A stretch of DNA of 63,097 bases, filler included, from Saprolegnia diclina VS20 (taxonomy: Eukaryota), in assembly GCF_000281045.1 (NCBI RefSeq). It is 4 parts of 3 records of this genome, joined end to end, with 100 filler letters (N's around TTAATTAATTAA, not from the genome) between each part and the next. Parts side by side here need not be neighbours in the genome. Positions count along the whole stretch, not along the records: positions 1 to 27,667 come from NW_008246084.1; 3 more parts are not named here. One strand, 5' to 3'. Shown here one piece after another: positions 1 through 13,400 of this stretch (the first letter of the stretch is position 1; each line of letters starts with the position of its first letter). The position numbers and the translations under genes are program-made. The notes under the pieces were generated by a model. The model was not told the origin of the DNA. It ran no database searches and saw only the letters and a program-made list of their open reading frames with translations.

Positions 1-911
1 AATTTCAAGTGATGCGGGAAGTGCGAGACTGAATTTTCTCGTCACTGACCAGAACGAACGTTTGGCTACGTTGGTGGTCAGAGCACGAAGAGTAGGCCGC
101 CGACTTCATCTATCACTTATGTGATGTCGGTGGTATTAATCGCGTCGGTGGTCCCGCAACGGCAAAGGCGACATCTGGCGACCGCCATGAGTTTGCTCTG
201 ACTTCGTGACAACGTGAGGAGCCTCCACGACTGCCACACACAAAGAAACCGTAGGGCAAACGATCGCCGTCGCTCGAAGAACCTGCAGCGAGGTGCTCGC
301 CGCTATAGTTCTTGCGCTGACCCCTGGTGCGACTTGTCGTGTTGCTAATGTTTTTGTCCGAGAACGACGCTGTACCCAACGCAGGGGGTGACCAAGGGAT
401 TTGCTTGACCCTTCCTCCAAATGGGTCTGGCGTTTGGGGTGTACGTTGCAGACTGCATGCAAATCCATGCAGATGGATTGCTCGTCGTTCTTTGACGTAA
501 GCGGGTCGATGAAGGTACTTTAGATGATGTGCATCCCTATAAACTTGATTCCCGCGAAAATTCGTCATGTTAAATCCCATCGAGGTAGTCTCAAAGCACG
601 ATTGGCCAATATTGAACCCAAGATCTCTGTATAGAGCCCAAAACAAACAAGTACCTCCACAGACGAGCAGAACACTTATTGCAATAAAGGGTCTGGCGAG
701 CGCTGCAGTTGACTGGACAGCAACGTCTCCTTCACGACCCGCCGTGTCACATTCAATCGACGATTACTTCAACATGTTTATTCAGCTGGTAAAATTGTCA
801 ATTGCAGGCACGAAACACTAGGACGATGGACAATAACGTCCACCAAACTCGCATTCCCACAGTCAGTACAATACCATTCAGTACTAGAATAATTCCGTAC
901 TAAAAGGTCAA

Positions 912-969
912 CTCGGACACGAGCGCTGCCCTAGAATTTGCTCAGACACGAGCGCTATCCTGGAATTTG
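912..969. repeat. Imperfect 29-nt tandem duplication
   Basis: ctcggacacgagcgctgccctagaatttg (912-940) followed by ctcagacacgagcgctatcctggaatttg (941-969); 4 mismatches. Confidence 0.85.
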
Positions 970-1042
970 CCATCGAGTGGATGACGTGGAACTGTGTGGA
1001 CGCAAGGGATACAAATAATTTCACTATCTATACACCGTTCAG

Positions 1043-2784
1043 TTACAGTCGCGGCGTTGGTAAGAGCGCATCGTCGTCGCTAAGACTATGGCGCGCCGAG
1101 TCCCAGAGGAAAAACGACTGCGGTGGCGGGTCCGATGACACGCCCATCATGCCAACCTTGAGATCGTCCGACACCCGCCGCCGCGCCGGCCGCTGCACGA
1201 GCACTTTGCCGCACACTGTGAGCTGGTAGCCGCGGTAAAACCGGTCTTTCGAGTCCGTGCGCACAAACAACATCAAAAAGAGTCCGGCCAGCGAGCAGTA
1301 CCAGACAAGACCCAGCCGGCTCGTCAAGTCATGAAGTACATTGAGCGGCGCAAGCCCGAGAAGCGCGCGGTCGAGGACCCAGCTGGTCGAGATGAGGCCG
1401 TACATGGTGCCGACATGGTACACGCCATACATGTCAGCAAGAAAGCACACGATGAGTGCCGCGCCGCCGCTCGCGCACAGCTGGACGGTGTAGAGAAGCC
1501 CTTCAATGTACGCAATCTTGGCGAGGTTGGTGCTGTTGAAATAGACCATCGGGAGTGCTATGCACGGCACCAAGAGCAAGAACACGAGCACAAATTTGCG
1601 GACGACCGCGGGGTTGGCATAGAAGAGCCGGATGCACACGTCCGAGAGCATTGGGATGCAGACACGGCTGCCGAAATCAATGAGGAGGCCGTAAAATCGA
1701 ATGGACGCGGCTTTGGCGGGCGAGACGCGGCACCATTCAACGAGGAGGTCGTGGTCGACGCGCAGTGCCAGCATGTCGTTGTAGAGAAGGCCGACGAGGG
1801 CGTTGGCCGCGAACGCAATGTAGAGACACACAAAGTCGGTCGAGAGGATGCACTGCGAGAGCGTGAGCGCGCGCACTTGCTCGTGGTACTGCCGATCGGT
1901 GCCTTCGATGCCGCCCACCACACTGTAGTTGACGAGCGTCATGCCGACCCGTAGAAACTCATCCTGGACCATGTCAGCGTTTGGCGCCTTCTCGAGCGGA
2001 ATGCAGTGCATGTCGTGACCGCGGACGCTAAAGTCGGACGGCGGCGTCCGTAGTATGAGCGTCGCGAGCGCGAGAAGCGGAATGGCGACAGCAAACGAAA
2101 TGCCAAACGTCCAGCGAAGCGTATTCGGGTAGTTGTCGAGGAGGGCGTGTAAGAGTGCGCGCACAATGCCGGTGCCAAGGCCGTACCCAAAGATGCAGCA
2201 GCCCGTGACCGTGCCTCGAAGGTCGGGACACCACTTGAGCGCGGTCGCCATGGACGAAATCGTCATGGCCCCAAACGCGATCGCGAGGAGGTAGCATCTG
2301 CTCTGGCAATGAGCCATAAATTGGGAGGCTAAAGGAAGGCATACCCGATATGCAGAAGTGCCCACGTTCGCGTCCAAACCGCCGACTGCGCGAGGAGGAG
2401 CCCGAGCGCGAGCAAGCCAATGCTGACCGTCATGCTGCGCCGCGGTCCCTGGCGCTCAAGAAGCGGACCGAAGAAGGCCTGGGACGCGATACTACACGCA
2501 CCGGCCGCGAAGAGCATCGTTGTCGCTTCGTTGCCGTTGGCGTCAAAGCCAAAGTAGACGTTCATCGGGTTGGCAATGACAAAGACGGCGTAGAGCGAGC
2601 CGCAAAAAAATTGAATGAGAAACACCGCAAAAAAAAGGTAGAGCCGATGGAAGCGGAGGCACTGGAAGGCCGGGTACCGCGCGACGCGGCTTGCGAGCGG
2701 CCAGAAAAAGACAAATTTCTCCGCGTCGACCTCGTAAAAGGACTTTGTCCGCAGCGCAATCGTCCAGTAGTCGGCGCAACCCAT
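1043..2784 (-). CDS. MFS transporter (oxalate:formate antiporter-like), copy 1, two exons
   Basis: Exons 2784-2345 and 2297-1043 join in frame across a GTATGC...CAG intron (2344-2298), 564 aa; many TM segments; GPLLERQGPR, KWCPDLRGTVTG and ADMYGVYHVGTMYG motifs. Confidence 0.85.
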
Positions 2785-4328
2785 GCTTTTGGAAAGTGAC
2801 GGGTATAGACGAGGACCAAAGATACCGGATCCCCACCCAAGCCTGTATGACAGACGCCTCTTCTGAGCCTGCGACGCCAGCCGGGTGCAACATCTGGTTT
2901 GCATTTACCTTTCAAACTCGATACAACGTGCGGCCACGGCTGCACAAGCCCGTTGTACATGGCGTGGGCTGTGGGAAAGGCGAGGTACTTTCTGCTTGGT
3001 CGCTGCAGTAGCTCGTTGGAGCCATTGCCCACCAATGCAGCATTGAAGTCGCCACATCTCGAAACAAAAGCACTACTTTTCTTCGAGCAAGTGACAATTT
3101 AAACAGTGAAATTACAGTTGGGAACGGACGTGATCAAATATCGACTTGCTGATATCATGTGACGTACGAACCGCGATCCTTAAAGAGACTACATAGTATA
3201 CAAATATGGGACTTCCGACGGCGCTCGCGAATGATGCCAGCGCCGATATCGGTCTTGTGCTGCTGTGTCGTGAATCTCGAGTGCTACAGTGTCGAGCTGC
3301 ACAACCCCCAACATTTGATACGTGACCCCTGCACGTACACGGTAGCAGGCAGTAATACCGACCCGATTGACGACGACGCCAACCAAGGGTCCAAAGACCC
3401 TTGCCCGCAGTCGTCTCGGAAAATGCACGCAACGGCGCAGTTCGCCCCGTGCCCGGTGTGGATTTGTTGCGTACGTTCATAAGGACATCGAGCCGCCACC
3501 TGATTGCGACGAAGATGCGATGACGGGACGCACGTGAGGAACATGCCCCGGTCGAGTCTTGTTTCTGGCACCAATCTGGTTCAAACTTCTCTGCAACCGT
3601 GCATGGCCGAGCCAAGCACCGTCGGGTGGCTCTCCGGGCGTTCGTCGTTGTTGACGTGGGTCGTCTATTGAAATGGATTCGTCAATCTCGCTAAATAAAA
3701 TTCTCCGGGCGTTCGTTGCGCTGTCAGCTCGAGACGTGTGACGTCAGCTCGATATTGTGCGGCTGTCCTGCTGCGAACCAAATGTGCTGAGCGAACGTTG
3801 TGTGTAGGAGTAATGTTGTGAAAGGAGTTGCATTTTGTCGGGACATGTTCCGTACACGCGTCGGGTCGGCGCGACGTCACATGCACTCCGACTCGTTGTG
3901 CGTGGACCAAGAGCGGTCGTTTGCGACGACCGCTCTTCAATACAGTAATGGCTTTGAAGCTCGCAACCGACAACGGCCAAAGATATGCACAAAGCTTGCC
4001 AACAATCGTACCACGGATTGCTGGGCGCAAACTACGTTGCGCGGTGCACAGCCCGAATCTTGATTCTGGCTAGCGTTCGTTTGCGTGCGTACGGTCCCAC
4101 GGGGGGCGCGAAACGTCGTCGCGGGTGGAGCCACCCGCTGCACGCAAACAAAAAAGACAGGCCGGTACTGAGTTCGAGGCTACCGGTCGGTACACATTGT
4201 TTACGCACTTCTAGTAGATTAACCACAACCAATAAAATGCACCAAGCGTCTTCTCGCAGCATTATTCATTTTCGACCGACACTCTTGTTGATACTCTTAA
4301 GACCTCTCCGACAAAGTTGTGGTGCAAC

Positions 4329-5096
4329 TTAGAGACACCAGCTCGATGGCGTCCTTGCCCGGTGCAGCACATATGGGTTGCTCGTCGGTACGGCGGGTCC
4401 AGGGCCGATCACCGGCTGAACGCTAAGCGGTGCCTCGCGCAGTACATTGATAACGAATTCAGATAGCACAGCACCGTGTACAATCACAGCGTCGACATCG
4501 TTGTCTCGCAGGTCGAGGTCGCAGAGCAAGCTCACGCGCAACTGCTCTTGGGGTTGACCGTCGCAGTAGCACGTCACAAAGCAATCGGTCGCACGCGAGC
4601 TGATGTTCGGCGAACGTCGAAGGCGCGGGTGCTTGTCCATGACTGCGTGCACTGTCCCGCCAATGGCTTTATCTTGCGGCTGGCGCCGTTGAAGGAAGCT
4701 CAAGAGAATTCGGTTCTTGACATGGTTGTAGCGAAAACTCGCATAGTCGCGCGGTGCGTGGACGGCACCGAAACGTAGTGGTGCGGCTCGATGAAGCACT
4801 GGCGACGCAAAGCCGTAGAGAAGCGGGAGGCTCGCAATGGTTCCGACATACACGATGCAAGCCAACGTCGCTTCGATAGCTTCGTCAATGGCGTCGCGGG
4901 GGATACCAAACGTGAGCGTCCACTGATAGAACCGCGTGAACGGCGGAAGGTGCGCACTCGTCCACGTCAGAAGGGGACCGTAAACCATAACTGTGATCGA
5001 GAGCATTGTCGGGTCAATGGTTGCAAAGAGGTGCTCTTTGTGCCAGCGCTTGAGACCGTACGAAGCAAGGCAGAGGGCCCAAAATGCAAACCAGAC
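4329..5096 (-). CDS. C-terminal part of a multi-pass transmembrane protein; 5' end not found
   Basis: Frame is open from an AG at 5098-5097 (VWFAFWALCLASYGLKRWHKEH...) to the stop at 4329; hydrophobic segments then a soluble tail resembling expanded Saprolegniales TM families (inference). Confidence 0.55.
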   Translation of the reverse strand, partial: VWFAFWALCLASYGLKRWHKEHLFATIDPTMLSITVMVYGPLLTWTSAHLPPFTRFYQWTLTFGIPRDAIDEAIEATLACIVYVGTIASLPLLYGFASPVLHRAAPLRFGAVHAPRDYASFRYNHVKNRILLSFLQRRQPQDKAIGGTVHAVMDKHPRLRRSPNISSRATDCFVTCYCDGQPQEQLRVSLLCDLDLRDNDVDAVIVHGAVLSEFVINVLREAPLSVQPVIGPGPAVPTSNPYVLHRARTPSSWCL

Positions 5097-5507
5097 CTAT
5101 ATATGAACGTGTTCCGCGTTATCTTCATTATGACACAAAGACTTCGCATACGTAGCGCTACGCCTGAATGCGTGGGAGTTGGCTCCAGCACTTGGTCGTT
5201 GGGAGTGAGCTGCGTACGGAGAGATCCATCCCGTGGTGAACCCCAATTCTTGCGCTCTTAGCTCCTAATTGCTACCAGCGGTTTTTTTAGGGCGAGACCC
5301 TAACCACCTACACGCAAGATAGTCTGCCAAGTGAGGCAGAGCTAAAAAATGGTATGTTTGAGTTCTTGCTCTTGGAGTGACCTAGAATCTATCGCTCTTG
5401 CCTCCTTGTTGCGTTGTGCGCGACATTTCTCTGACCTCGGAACGTGGTCGGAACATTAAGCTATAGGATAGAATATAGGGGTCGGGTTATACTAGAACGA
5501 CACAAAG

Positions 5508-7253
5508 CTACGGCGTCGTCGGGCTCAGCACGTCGTTGACCTCGAGCTTGCGCATCGAGTCAGAATTTAGGAGAAAAAAGGATCCGGGGTGCCCTGCATC
5601 AGCGTCGCATCCGTGAGTCTTTTCAGCCCCAAAGCGCGACTTGGCAGGGCGTTGAATGAGCACTTTGCCGCAAATCGTGAGCTGGTACCCGCGATAGAAG
5701 CGGTCGGCCGACGTCGTGCGCACAAACCACATGAGAAAGAGGCCACCGAGCGAGATGAACCAAACGAGTTCGACGTGGTGAGCAAGATCTGTGGGCGACG
5801 CCAACGGCGCCCGACCGAGCACGACTTGGTCGACGGCCCAGCCCATGAGCACGAGGCCGTACATGGTGCCGACATGGTACACGCCGTACATGTCGGTAAG
5901 GAAGCACACAATCAGTGACGCGCCGGCGTTGGCAGTAAACTGCACCGTGTACAGCAGCCACTCGACGGTACCAAAGTTGGACATATTGTCCGAGGCAAAA
6001 TAGAGCATCGGCACGGCAATGCACTGCACGAGCAGCAAGAGCACAAAACCGCTCTTGCGCACGACCGCGGGGTTGCCATAAAAGAGGCGGATGCACACGT
6101 CCGAGAGCGCCGAGATGAGAAAGCGGCCGACAAGGTCGGCCACCGCGCCGCGCAGTCGGACCCGCGTCGCATCATCGTCCGTAATCGCATACCAGGTTAC
6201 GAGCAAATCTTTCTCGACTTGAACCGCTGTGACTTCCGTGTAGAGCAAGCCCGAGAGACCGTTGGCGGCAAAGGCCACAAAGAGACACAAAAAATCGGTC
6301 GAGAGAATGCACTGGGGTAATGTGAGCGCCTTGACTTGTTCGTAGTATTGTCGATCGGTGCCGTCGTGGTGGCAGTCGGACGGTGGACGGATCGCGTTGT
6401 AGTTGAGGAGTGTCATGCCCACCTTGAAATACTCGTCGAGGACCATGTCAGCGTTCGGCGCCTTCTCGAGCGGAATGCAGTGCATGTCGTGGCCGCGGAC
6501 GCTAAAGTCGGACGGCGGCGTCCGAAGCACGAGCGTTGCAAGCATCAAAATGGGCACCAGCACTGCAAAGAGGAGGCCAAAGAGGCTTCGGAGGTTATCA
6601 AAAGACGACGCGAGGATCGCTTCGAACGCGATGCGCCATACGTTGGTGCCGACGCCCGACCCGAGAAGACACGCGCCCGTGACGGTCCCGCGCACATCGG
6701 GGGCCCACTTGAGCGCGGTCGAGATGGACGACGTGACGATGGCGCCAAATGCAAACCCAATGCAGTCAAATCTACAAACGAATCAGCGACTTTGAAAGAA
6801 TATCGGCGCAATGTACCCGACATGCAAGAGCGTCCACGACGACGTGAGAAGCGCAGCGTGTGATAGCAATAGACCGAGCGCCGTGAGAAGGGTGCCAGCA
6901 GCCATGCTGCACCGGGGCCCCTTGCGCTCGAGGAGCGGTCCGAGGAGCGCGGGCGAGAGGAGGCTAAAGACACCGGCTTCGAAGAGGAGGTTTGTAGCTT
7001 CCGGCGAATTGTCACCGAAGCCAAAGAAACGATTGATGGGGTCGGCGAGCGAGAGAAGTGAGTAGACTGACCCCGAGCAAAACTGGATGAGAAAGACCGC
7101 GACAAAGAGGTAGACGCGGTGGAAGCGGAGGACAGAGACCGCTGGCGCCGATCGTGTTTCGCTCGTGAGCGGCCAGAAGAAGACAAATCGCTCGGAAGAT
7201 CGTTCGTACGGCGTCTTGGCCTCGAGCACGATCGTCCAGTACTCGGGCAGCAT
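5508..7253 (-). CDS. MFS transporter (oxalate:formate antiporter-like), copy 2, two exons
   Basis: Exons 7253-6817 and 6771-5508; GT-AG intron 6816-6772 at the same position as in copy 1; 566 aa, clearly paralogous. Confidence 0.85.
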
Positions 7254-8614
7254 AATTTTGGAGTATGGACGCTTTGCTGTGTGGCCAACGAGGCATTACT
7301 GCCGCGCCACCTTGGCTGCTGAAAACAGCTGGAACGCCAGATGGGCTTGAGTCCGCTGCCAGCCACGCATTTTGAAGCGCCAAAGGGATCCGTTGAGACG
7401 CGGCAGGCGCGAAGATTCGGCATTGGATTCCGCAGAGTGTTGTGGTGATCCACAGCAGCTTCTTGCTGCCAAGAACGAAACCACTTTTGGATACTGGTTC
7501 GGGAAGATACCGTCCTCTTTGGTGCTATGACACGAAGAGTACAGTGTACGAGGGCGGACGTCAAGTGTCCGTGAAAGGCAACTTTTTCTGGATGGCTTAG
7601 TTGACTGAAAAAAGCGTCTAGTCGTGTCCAGTCGGTCGTGTTCTTTATACTACGGTTGCAACTGCAAGCTGCACATTTACCCGAGTGCAGTGTTGGATGT
7701 TGGCCGTGAGCATGCTACGCTCTCAAGGCTCAAAGTGTGGCGACGGCGCATACCGTTTTCTGGCTGGAGAGTACCCACATTTTCGCAGCAGGTCGACCAA
7801 TGAACGATGAGATTAAGGTTGCAGCGATATCAGCCAAACGTTATTATAATAGTTGTTGGCTCGAGCAGCGGCGACCGTCGCTGCCATGCGAGCAACCAAA
7901 CTGCTTGTTTTGGTACGATGTTGACGTGGACGAGATCTGACAAACTCGCCGTTTGGTCAGCCCAAATGACGAGACGCGCGGCTCCCACATCAACGTCGCA
8001 CGGTGAGACCAAGCACCAGCAGTACGCAAGTGTAGCCACACTCGGCCTGTGCTAACGTTAGTACTCGTTGCGGTTTGTAAGGGCCATGGCACGCTTTCGC
8101 CGACGATTTGGACAAAAATTGCGTCAGTGGACAGCGATATTGTCGGGATTAGACCGTGGAAACAACAGTGCCATTCTACGTCAAGATAATGCTCGCGATC
8201 CCAGACACCAGAACTTTATACCGCGCATGCAAATGAGTCTGCTGGAGCGCAGGCATTCTCCAAGCGTGAGTCAGGCAACGTGAACACGAAATAGATGAAA
8301 ATGTCGTGTCGATACGAAAGAACTAGTTCGATCCGATCCGAAGAGTCCCTCGGTTTTGGGAAGGACGTTGGGAGGTCCACCAGTGTTTGTATGGCTCCAA
8401 CGTGTGAGCTACGCTGCATATACGGAGACGTCAGTGCTTTCGGATGACAATGGCTCGTACCCGACCTATCTCATGTCGGCAGCGTGGGGGCACCGTGGGC
8501 TTTTGGAAAGAGCTTTTGGTCGAAAATAGAGCAAATTCATCGATTTCGTTGGTCGGTATTTTAGTGGTTTGACGAGCAAACCACCATCAAATTGAGGTCA
8601 CTTGAGCACTCGCC

Positions 8615-11487
8615 ATGGAATCCCGCACGATCAAAGCCAAGTACAAAGCAGCCATCGACCAACTCGTGTTGGAACGCACGTTTGTGTCGACGTACACACA
8701 GAGCTACATCACCGACCCGTTCCTGCGCATCAACGGGCTCTCCGAGTACATTACCTGGCCGCTGCCCACACGCCAGGAAACGCAAATCGCGTCGCTTTAC
8801 ACGAGCGACGTCATTCCCGCATCGGCTTTTCGCATCAACAACCACGTGGGCTGGAACGCATTTCTCGATGACGTGCTCGTCAGCGTCCGCAAGGACTTTG
8901 GCCAAGAGCACGCGACTGCAACACTCTCCCACCTCTGCTTTGACGCCAATGGCAATTCGACGGCCCTCGCTCCGAGCGCAGAGGTGCCAAACACGCTCGG
9001 CGTGCTCATCATTTGGCTGCCGTCGACGTACGTGGGCGGTGGCCTATTCTTTCAGAGCGATCATCGCAGTGAGACGGTGGACGAAATGCCGGTGGCCAAG
9101 GCGACGCTGCAGTGCTTGGCCACTTACTCGAGCACACAACTGGTCTCGACACGGATCATGATCGGTCGACGCGTCGCGCTCGTCTACAACTTGGTCTGCA
9201 CAAAGCCCGAGTCTGGGTTTCGGACCGCGCCACAAGCCCAAGAGGTGGCGGTCGCCGCGCTGCTGGACATTGCAAATGAGCCATTGCACCGACAACCCCT
9301 CGTGTTTCGGTACATTACCAAGCCATCGGGACGCTCGTTCGGGGAGCTTCCCGTAAAAGACGCGGCACTTGTGGACGCTTTGCTTGCGACGAGATGCTAC
9401 GACGTTGCACTGGCCACTGTCAAGCGCAGCAGCATCCATGACACCTGGCATGGGGCGTGTACGAAACAAAGACATATGTCGTCGTCCGCTGCGATCCCCA
9501 CCCGGCCTGCTCGATACCACAGTGTGTCTGGGGTAATGTGGTCGGTATGCCCATCAACGTCTGCCTCAAACTGACTGCGTGCACGCACGGCGAAGAGGCG
9601 CTGATCTTTTGGCACAAGCGATACCGCACCTAGCTCGCGGGGGCGGAACGCGTGCTGCCGTTGTCGCGCAGCGTCGTCCTCGCAGAGTTCACGGCAAGAG
9701 CGCAACGACCACTCGAGATCGACTCGACGCGGGAGTTTCTACTCGGCGCCATGTCAATGTTTACGACCCTGGGGGCGAGTCGACTCCCGTTCGAGATGGA
9801 CGCCGTGGCGTCGATGGGGTCGCTGCTTCTCGCGTACAACGAATGCGACCTCGTGCGACTCTTTGTGGGCCACGTCGTCAGCGTCACGCCAACGACCCCC
9901 ATCGATAGCATTGCACCGCTTTTGCGCGCGTGCGTGGTGCAGTACGGCTGGGTGCGCCTGCGGCCAGCGATCTTGAGTCTCATTGATCGCTGGGTGCCAA
10001 GCCACACGGGCGAGGTGCTCCAGCTACTAGCAAGTCTTGTGGGGATCACTCACGACGCCGTGTGTCCCCCGCTGCGTCACGAAGACGTCGCGGCGCTCGT
10101 CGCGACGAGCTGGCGTCAGGTACTCGCGCACGAGCGTCTTTTCGCCAACGATCGCGATCCAGTACCGACGTTCGTCGCGCACTACTTGCTGCTGCAGTGG
10201 CATATGACCCTGCCGGGTGCCTCCGAAGGTAGCTGCCTCGCCCACAAACTACCGACGGTGCTCGTGCAACTCGTCGAGAGCTTTGTGTCCCCGAAAAGCA
10301 CGGATGTTTTGGTGCAGCTCCAGGCGCCATTTTTCGGGATCTACAGCATCGACGACGGACGCAGTGACGACGAGGAAGGGGACGCGACAAGCTATATCGC
10401 TGTCGATACCATCCGCTTCTCGATAGCCCTTGTGATGACGCTGCCTCAGGCGCTTGCCGCTGTCTTGCGCAGCCAGCCCAACATGCCACTGGACGCGTAC
10501 GCAGAAGCTCTTGTAGCGGCCGTCGACACTGTCAGCACTCACGAAATTTCGCGACGGATCAAAACCATGTCCCTGCCCAGCATTGGCTGCATCGTGACAT
10601 CGCTGGATGCGACCGGGCGCTGTAGTGCAGCTGTCTTGGCGCACATGTGGGAAATCTGGCGCTTCTCGGTCGTGGCGGCCCTCGATGCGCTTTTGAAGCG
10701 GCGACCCATGCCGCTATCGCCAGCTACGACATTTCTCTTTGGCGACTTCCTCGTGGCGCTGGCGCCGCAGCTACCGCTAGTCGAGGGTTGGGCGTTGCGG
10801 CACCTCGAGCACAAGCGTGACTTTCCATCGATCACCGTCAACCAGCACCGCGCGGGGATATTCCCAGCCGCCCTTCGCATTCTACTCGCTGTCGCACCAG
10901 ACCACATTGAAGCGTTTGCAGCGTCATGGCTGCGCGCCGTGCCCTCAACGATCGAGGCCAACCGATTGCTGCTGCTGCCCGCCATTTCTGCGCTTGCCGA
11001 GAAGAAGCTCGTGCGCGTGACGGCGCTCGTGGCAGCGAAATGTTTGGCAACGTTCGACGCTGTTGGGGTCCGAGAGCCTCTTCCCGACGTTGCTGATTTT
11101 AGCCTGCCCGACATTTTCGTCAATGACGCGCACTGCTCGGTGTGCGCTCACTTTCGCGACTTCCTCTGGGACAGATGCCAAGACAACTTGTACTTGAGCA
11201 AGGAAACCGGCCAGTGCCATAACGTCGCACGCATTGCTGCAACGTATCCGAGCTGCCTCGAGCTGACCCAAACCGAATGGGCGTGGAATATTAACAAGCG
11301 GAAGGGCAACGTTACAAGCCGCGACGAGCTCGTGGAGGCCCTTCGCGTCAAACACAAACGCGAGAAGGACCGAGAAATTGTCCTGTGGTTGGACATCCTC
11401 GTCGCACAAGCTCCTGTGCATCCGTACGACCCGGCGCATCTGCCAAGGAAGCGGCAGCGTACTCTGGAAGGGACCGTCCACGGCTAG
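8615..11487 (+). pseudogene. Disrupted large protein with a degenerate 2OG-Fe(II) oxygenase-like N-terminal domain
   Basis: LGVLIIWLPSTYVGGGLFF and GRRVALVYNL resemble 2OG-Fe(II) oxygenase strands, with no HxD; frame change near 9430-9460 and in-frame TAG at 9631-9633 before the 611-aa downstream ORF. Confidence 0.6.
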
Positions 11488-11582
11488 CAAGTGCTATAGT
11501 CGATGACATAACACTGAACTTCATGAAAGAGCGCTTGAAATCAGACATCAAATTGATACAATTTTGGCCTTTCTTGAAAATA

Positions 11583-12725
11583 CTACTGAGAAATCATGCA
11601 GAGAACCGAACCCACAAGATTGACAGCGCCACCGACGACGCCGTCGACACCAATGCCACTCGACGGGTCTGCAGTGTACGTGCCGACGAACGAGTTGGTG
11701 CTCGCGTCAACAGGGTCGAATGGGGGCGTCGTGGTATCGCCCACATCGGGATTGAGGGTCGTGTAGCCTTCCGGGCACATCTGGTTCCCAAGCTTGCCGA
11801 CGCTGCCATCGACGATATACGAGCCACGCCCAAAAACGTAGAGCTCGTCGTCGCCTTGAAACGCATCGAGGCTTTCGTTGTTCTAGAGCCCTTGGGCCAC
11901 GCGGTGCGCTTCCATAGCAACGAGCACGGAATGCCACGGATCGGCATCGTACGGCAGCCGTCGCAGGATATACCATTGTGCAGGCGTCTCGATTGGTGTC
12001 AATGCGCGAACCCCTTTGCCTTTGCCCTAGCACGTCGGGCACAGATCGTAGCTGCTGTGGTGCGTCGACCCGTCGCAGCTGATACCTGTGTGCACAGCCG
12101 GCATCTTCCAGACGACAAATGGACCGTAGCTCGCGGTATGCTTGTCGTGGCGGCGGGTTCAAAAGTCCTCGGCCCGGTACTTGGTCGACTGGTATCGAGG
12201 GCCCACGATCGACGGCGCCTTGCAGCCTCGACACGCCACGCCACGCCCGGGTGCACATACGGCGGGCGAATGCGAATGTGAAAGGCCGCGAGGGAAGAGT
12301 TGCAGTGCCCCGAGACGGCGCAAGACCCGCAGAGATCGACCGTCGGGTTCTTCGGACGCATGCAACACGCTCCACAGGTCGTGCCGCGGTGCGTGGCCGT
12401 GCATGCAGCACTTTGAAGGGACTGTGCCATGGATCAAACCGGCCGCTGCGCGTGCACAACGGGCACAGGTGAAAGTTTGGGTTCTTGGTCGACATTGCGA
12501 GCGGACCAATGATGGGCCAGGCATTGCAGCCGTCGCAGTGCGCCGAGTGTCTTGGCGGTACGCTGTGCAAGGCAAACGGGCCGTGCGTACGAGACCAGTA
12601 GGGCTTCGACCCGCAAGGCTTGCGGAAGTTGATGCTCAGGACCGCCGTGGACTGGAGACGTGCGCCGACAATGGAAAGGCGTTGCAGCCGTTGCAGCCGA
12701 CGGGATGACGAGCAACTGCAGACAT
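11583..12725 (-). pseudogene. Pseudogene of the tandem ZZ zinc-finger family
   Basis: ATG 12725 MSAVARHPVGCNGCNAFP, then a 1-nt loss relative to the 14822 paralogue; further frameshifts, a deletion in repeat 3 and a TGA near 12160; ends ...GGAVNLVGSVLCMISQ*. Confidence 0.85.
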
Positions 12726-13400
12726 GGCAGCGATGCAAGAACTTCTAAATGAACAACCATGTATTGCGGGGATGAGAGAGATTCCTTCCAGCACATATCA
12801 CTACGAGCACTTGCAATGGCGCGAGCGGGGATCGTGCCCCTCCTTGAAGTCGACCCTGCGAAACTACGGTACAAAATAGACTCATTCCAACAAAATCCAG
12901 CGAGCTGGGAATAGTCCAGTAAGTTGGTAGTATTGCATTTGCTGGTGGCTGTCTTTTGTAACTGGAGGAAGCTGAGAGTGTACTCGAGGCTGAATTGCGG
13001 GTTTCTCGCTTGGATTGCAGGGTCGATTTGATAAAGATCCGTCGGTGCGAAGTGCTCGGTCGGTGTCCCGACTTCAGATGCGGTTTCGTTGGAACACACC
13101 CGACTCCTCGGCTGTTGACTAGACTTATGCCTAATTGGGCTCATGAACGAGGCTGTGGTTTCAGTGCAGTTGAACAACCCGTGCCGCCTTGACGGCAATC
13201 GTCCGTGGACTTGACAGTGGGAGGTCTACAGGCCTGCATGGCGTGTCAAAGTTCCAGCTGCTGGATCGCTCACGTCATTGCACCTCCAAAAACGCCGACA
13301 CAGTCGTCCTGAAAGAACATGACAAATTTAGGGTAAATTCGGTAGGTACTAACGCAAAATAGAAAAAAGTATCAACTTGTCAAGTGGAAGCGTGGCATTT

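Noticed and set aside
113..821. ORFs at the window start
   Set aside because: No recognisable motifs and codon usage unlike the real genes
912..969. 29-nt repeats as a CRISPR array
   Set aside because: Two adjacent copies, no spacer, eukaryotic context
3631..3716. 15-nt direct repeat tctccgggcgttcgt (3631 and 3702)
   Set aside because: Two short copies with no associated structure
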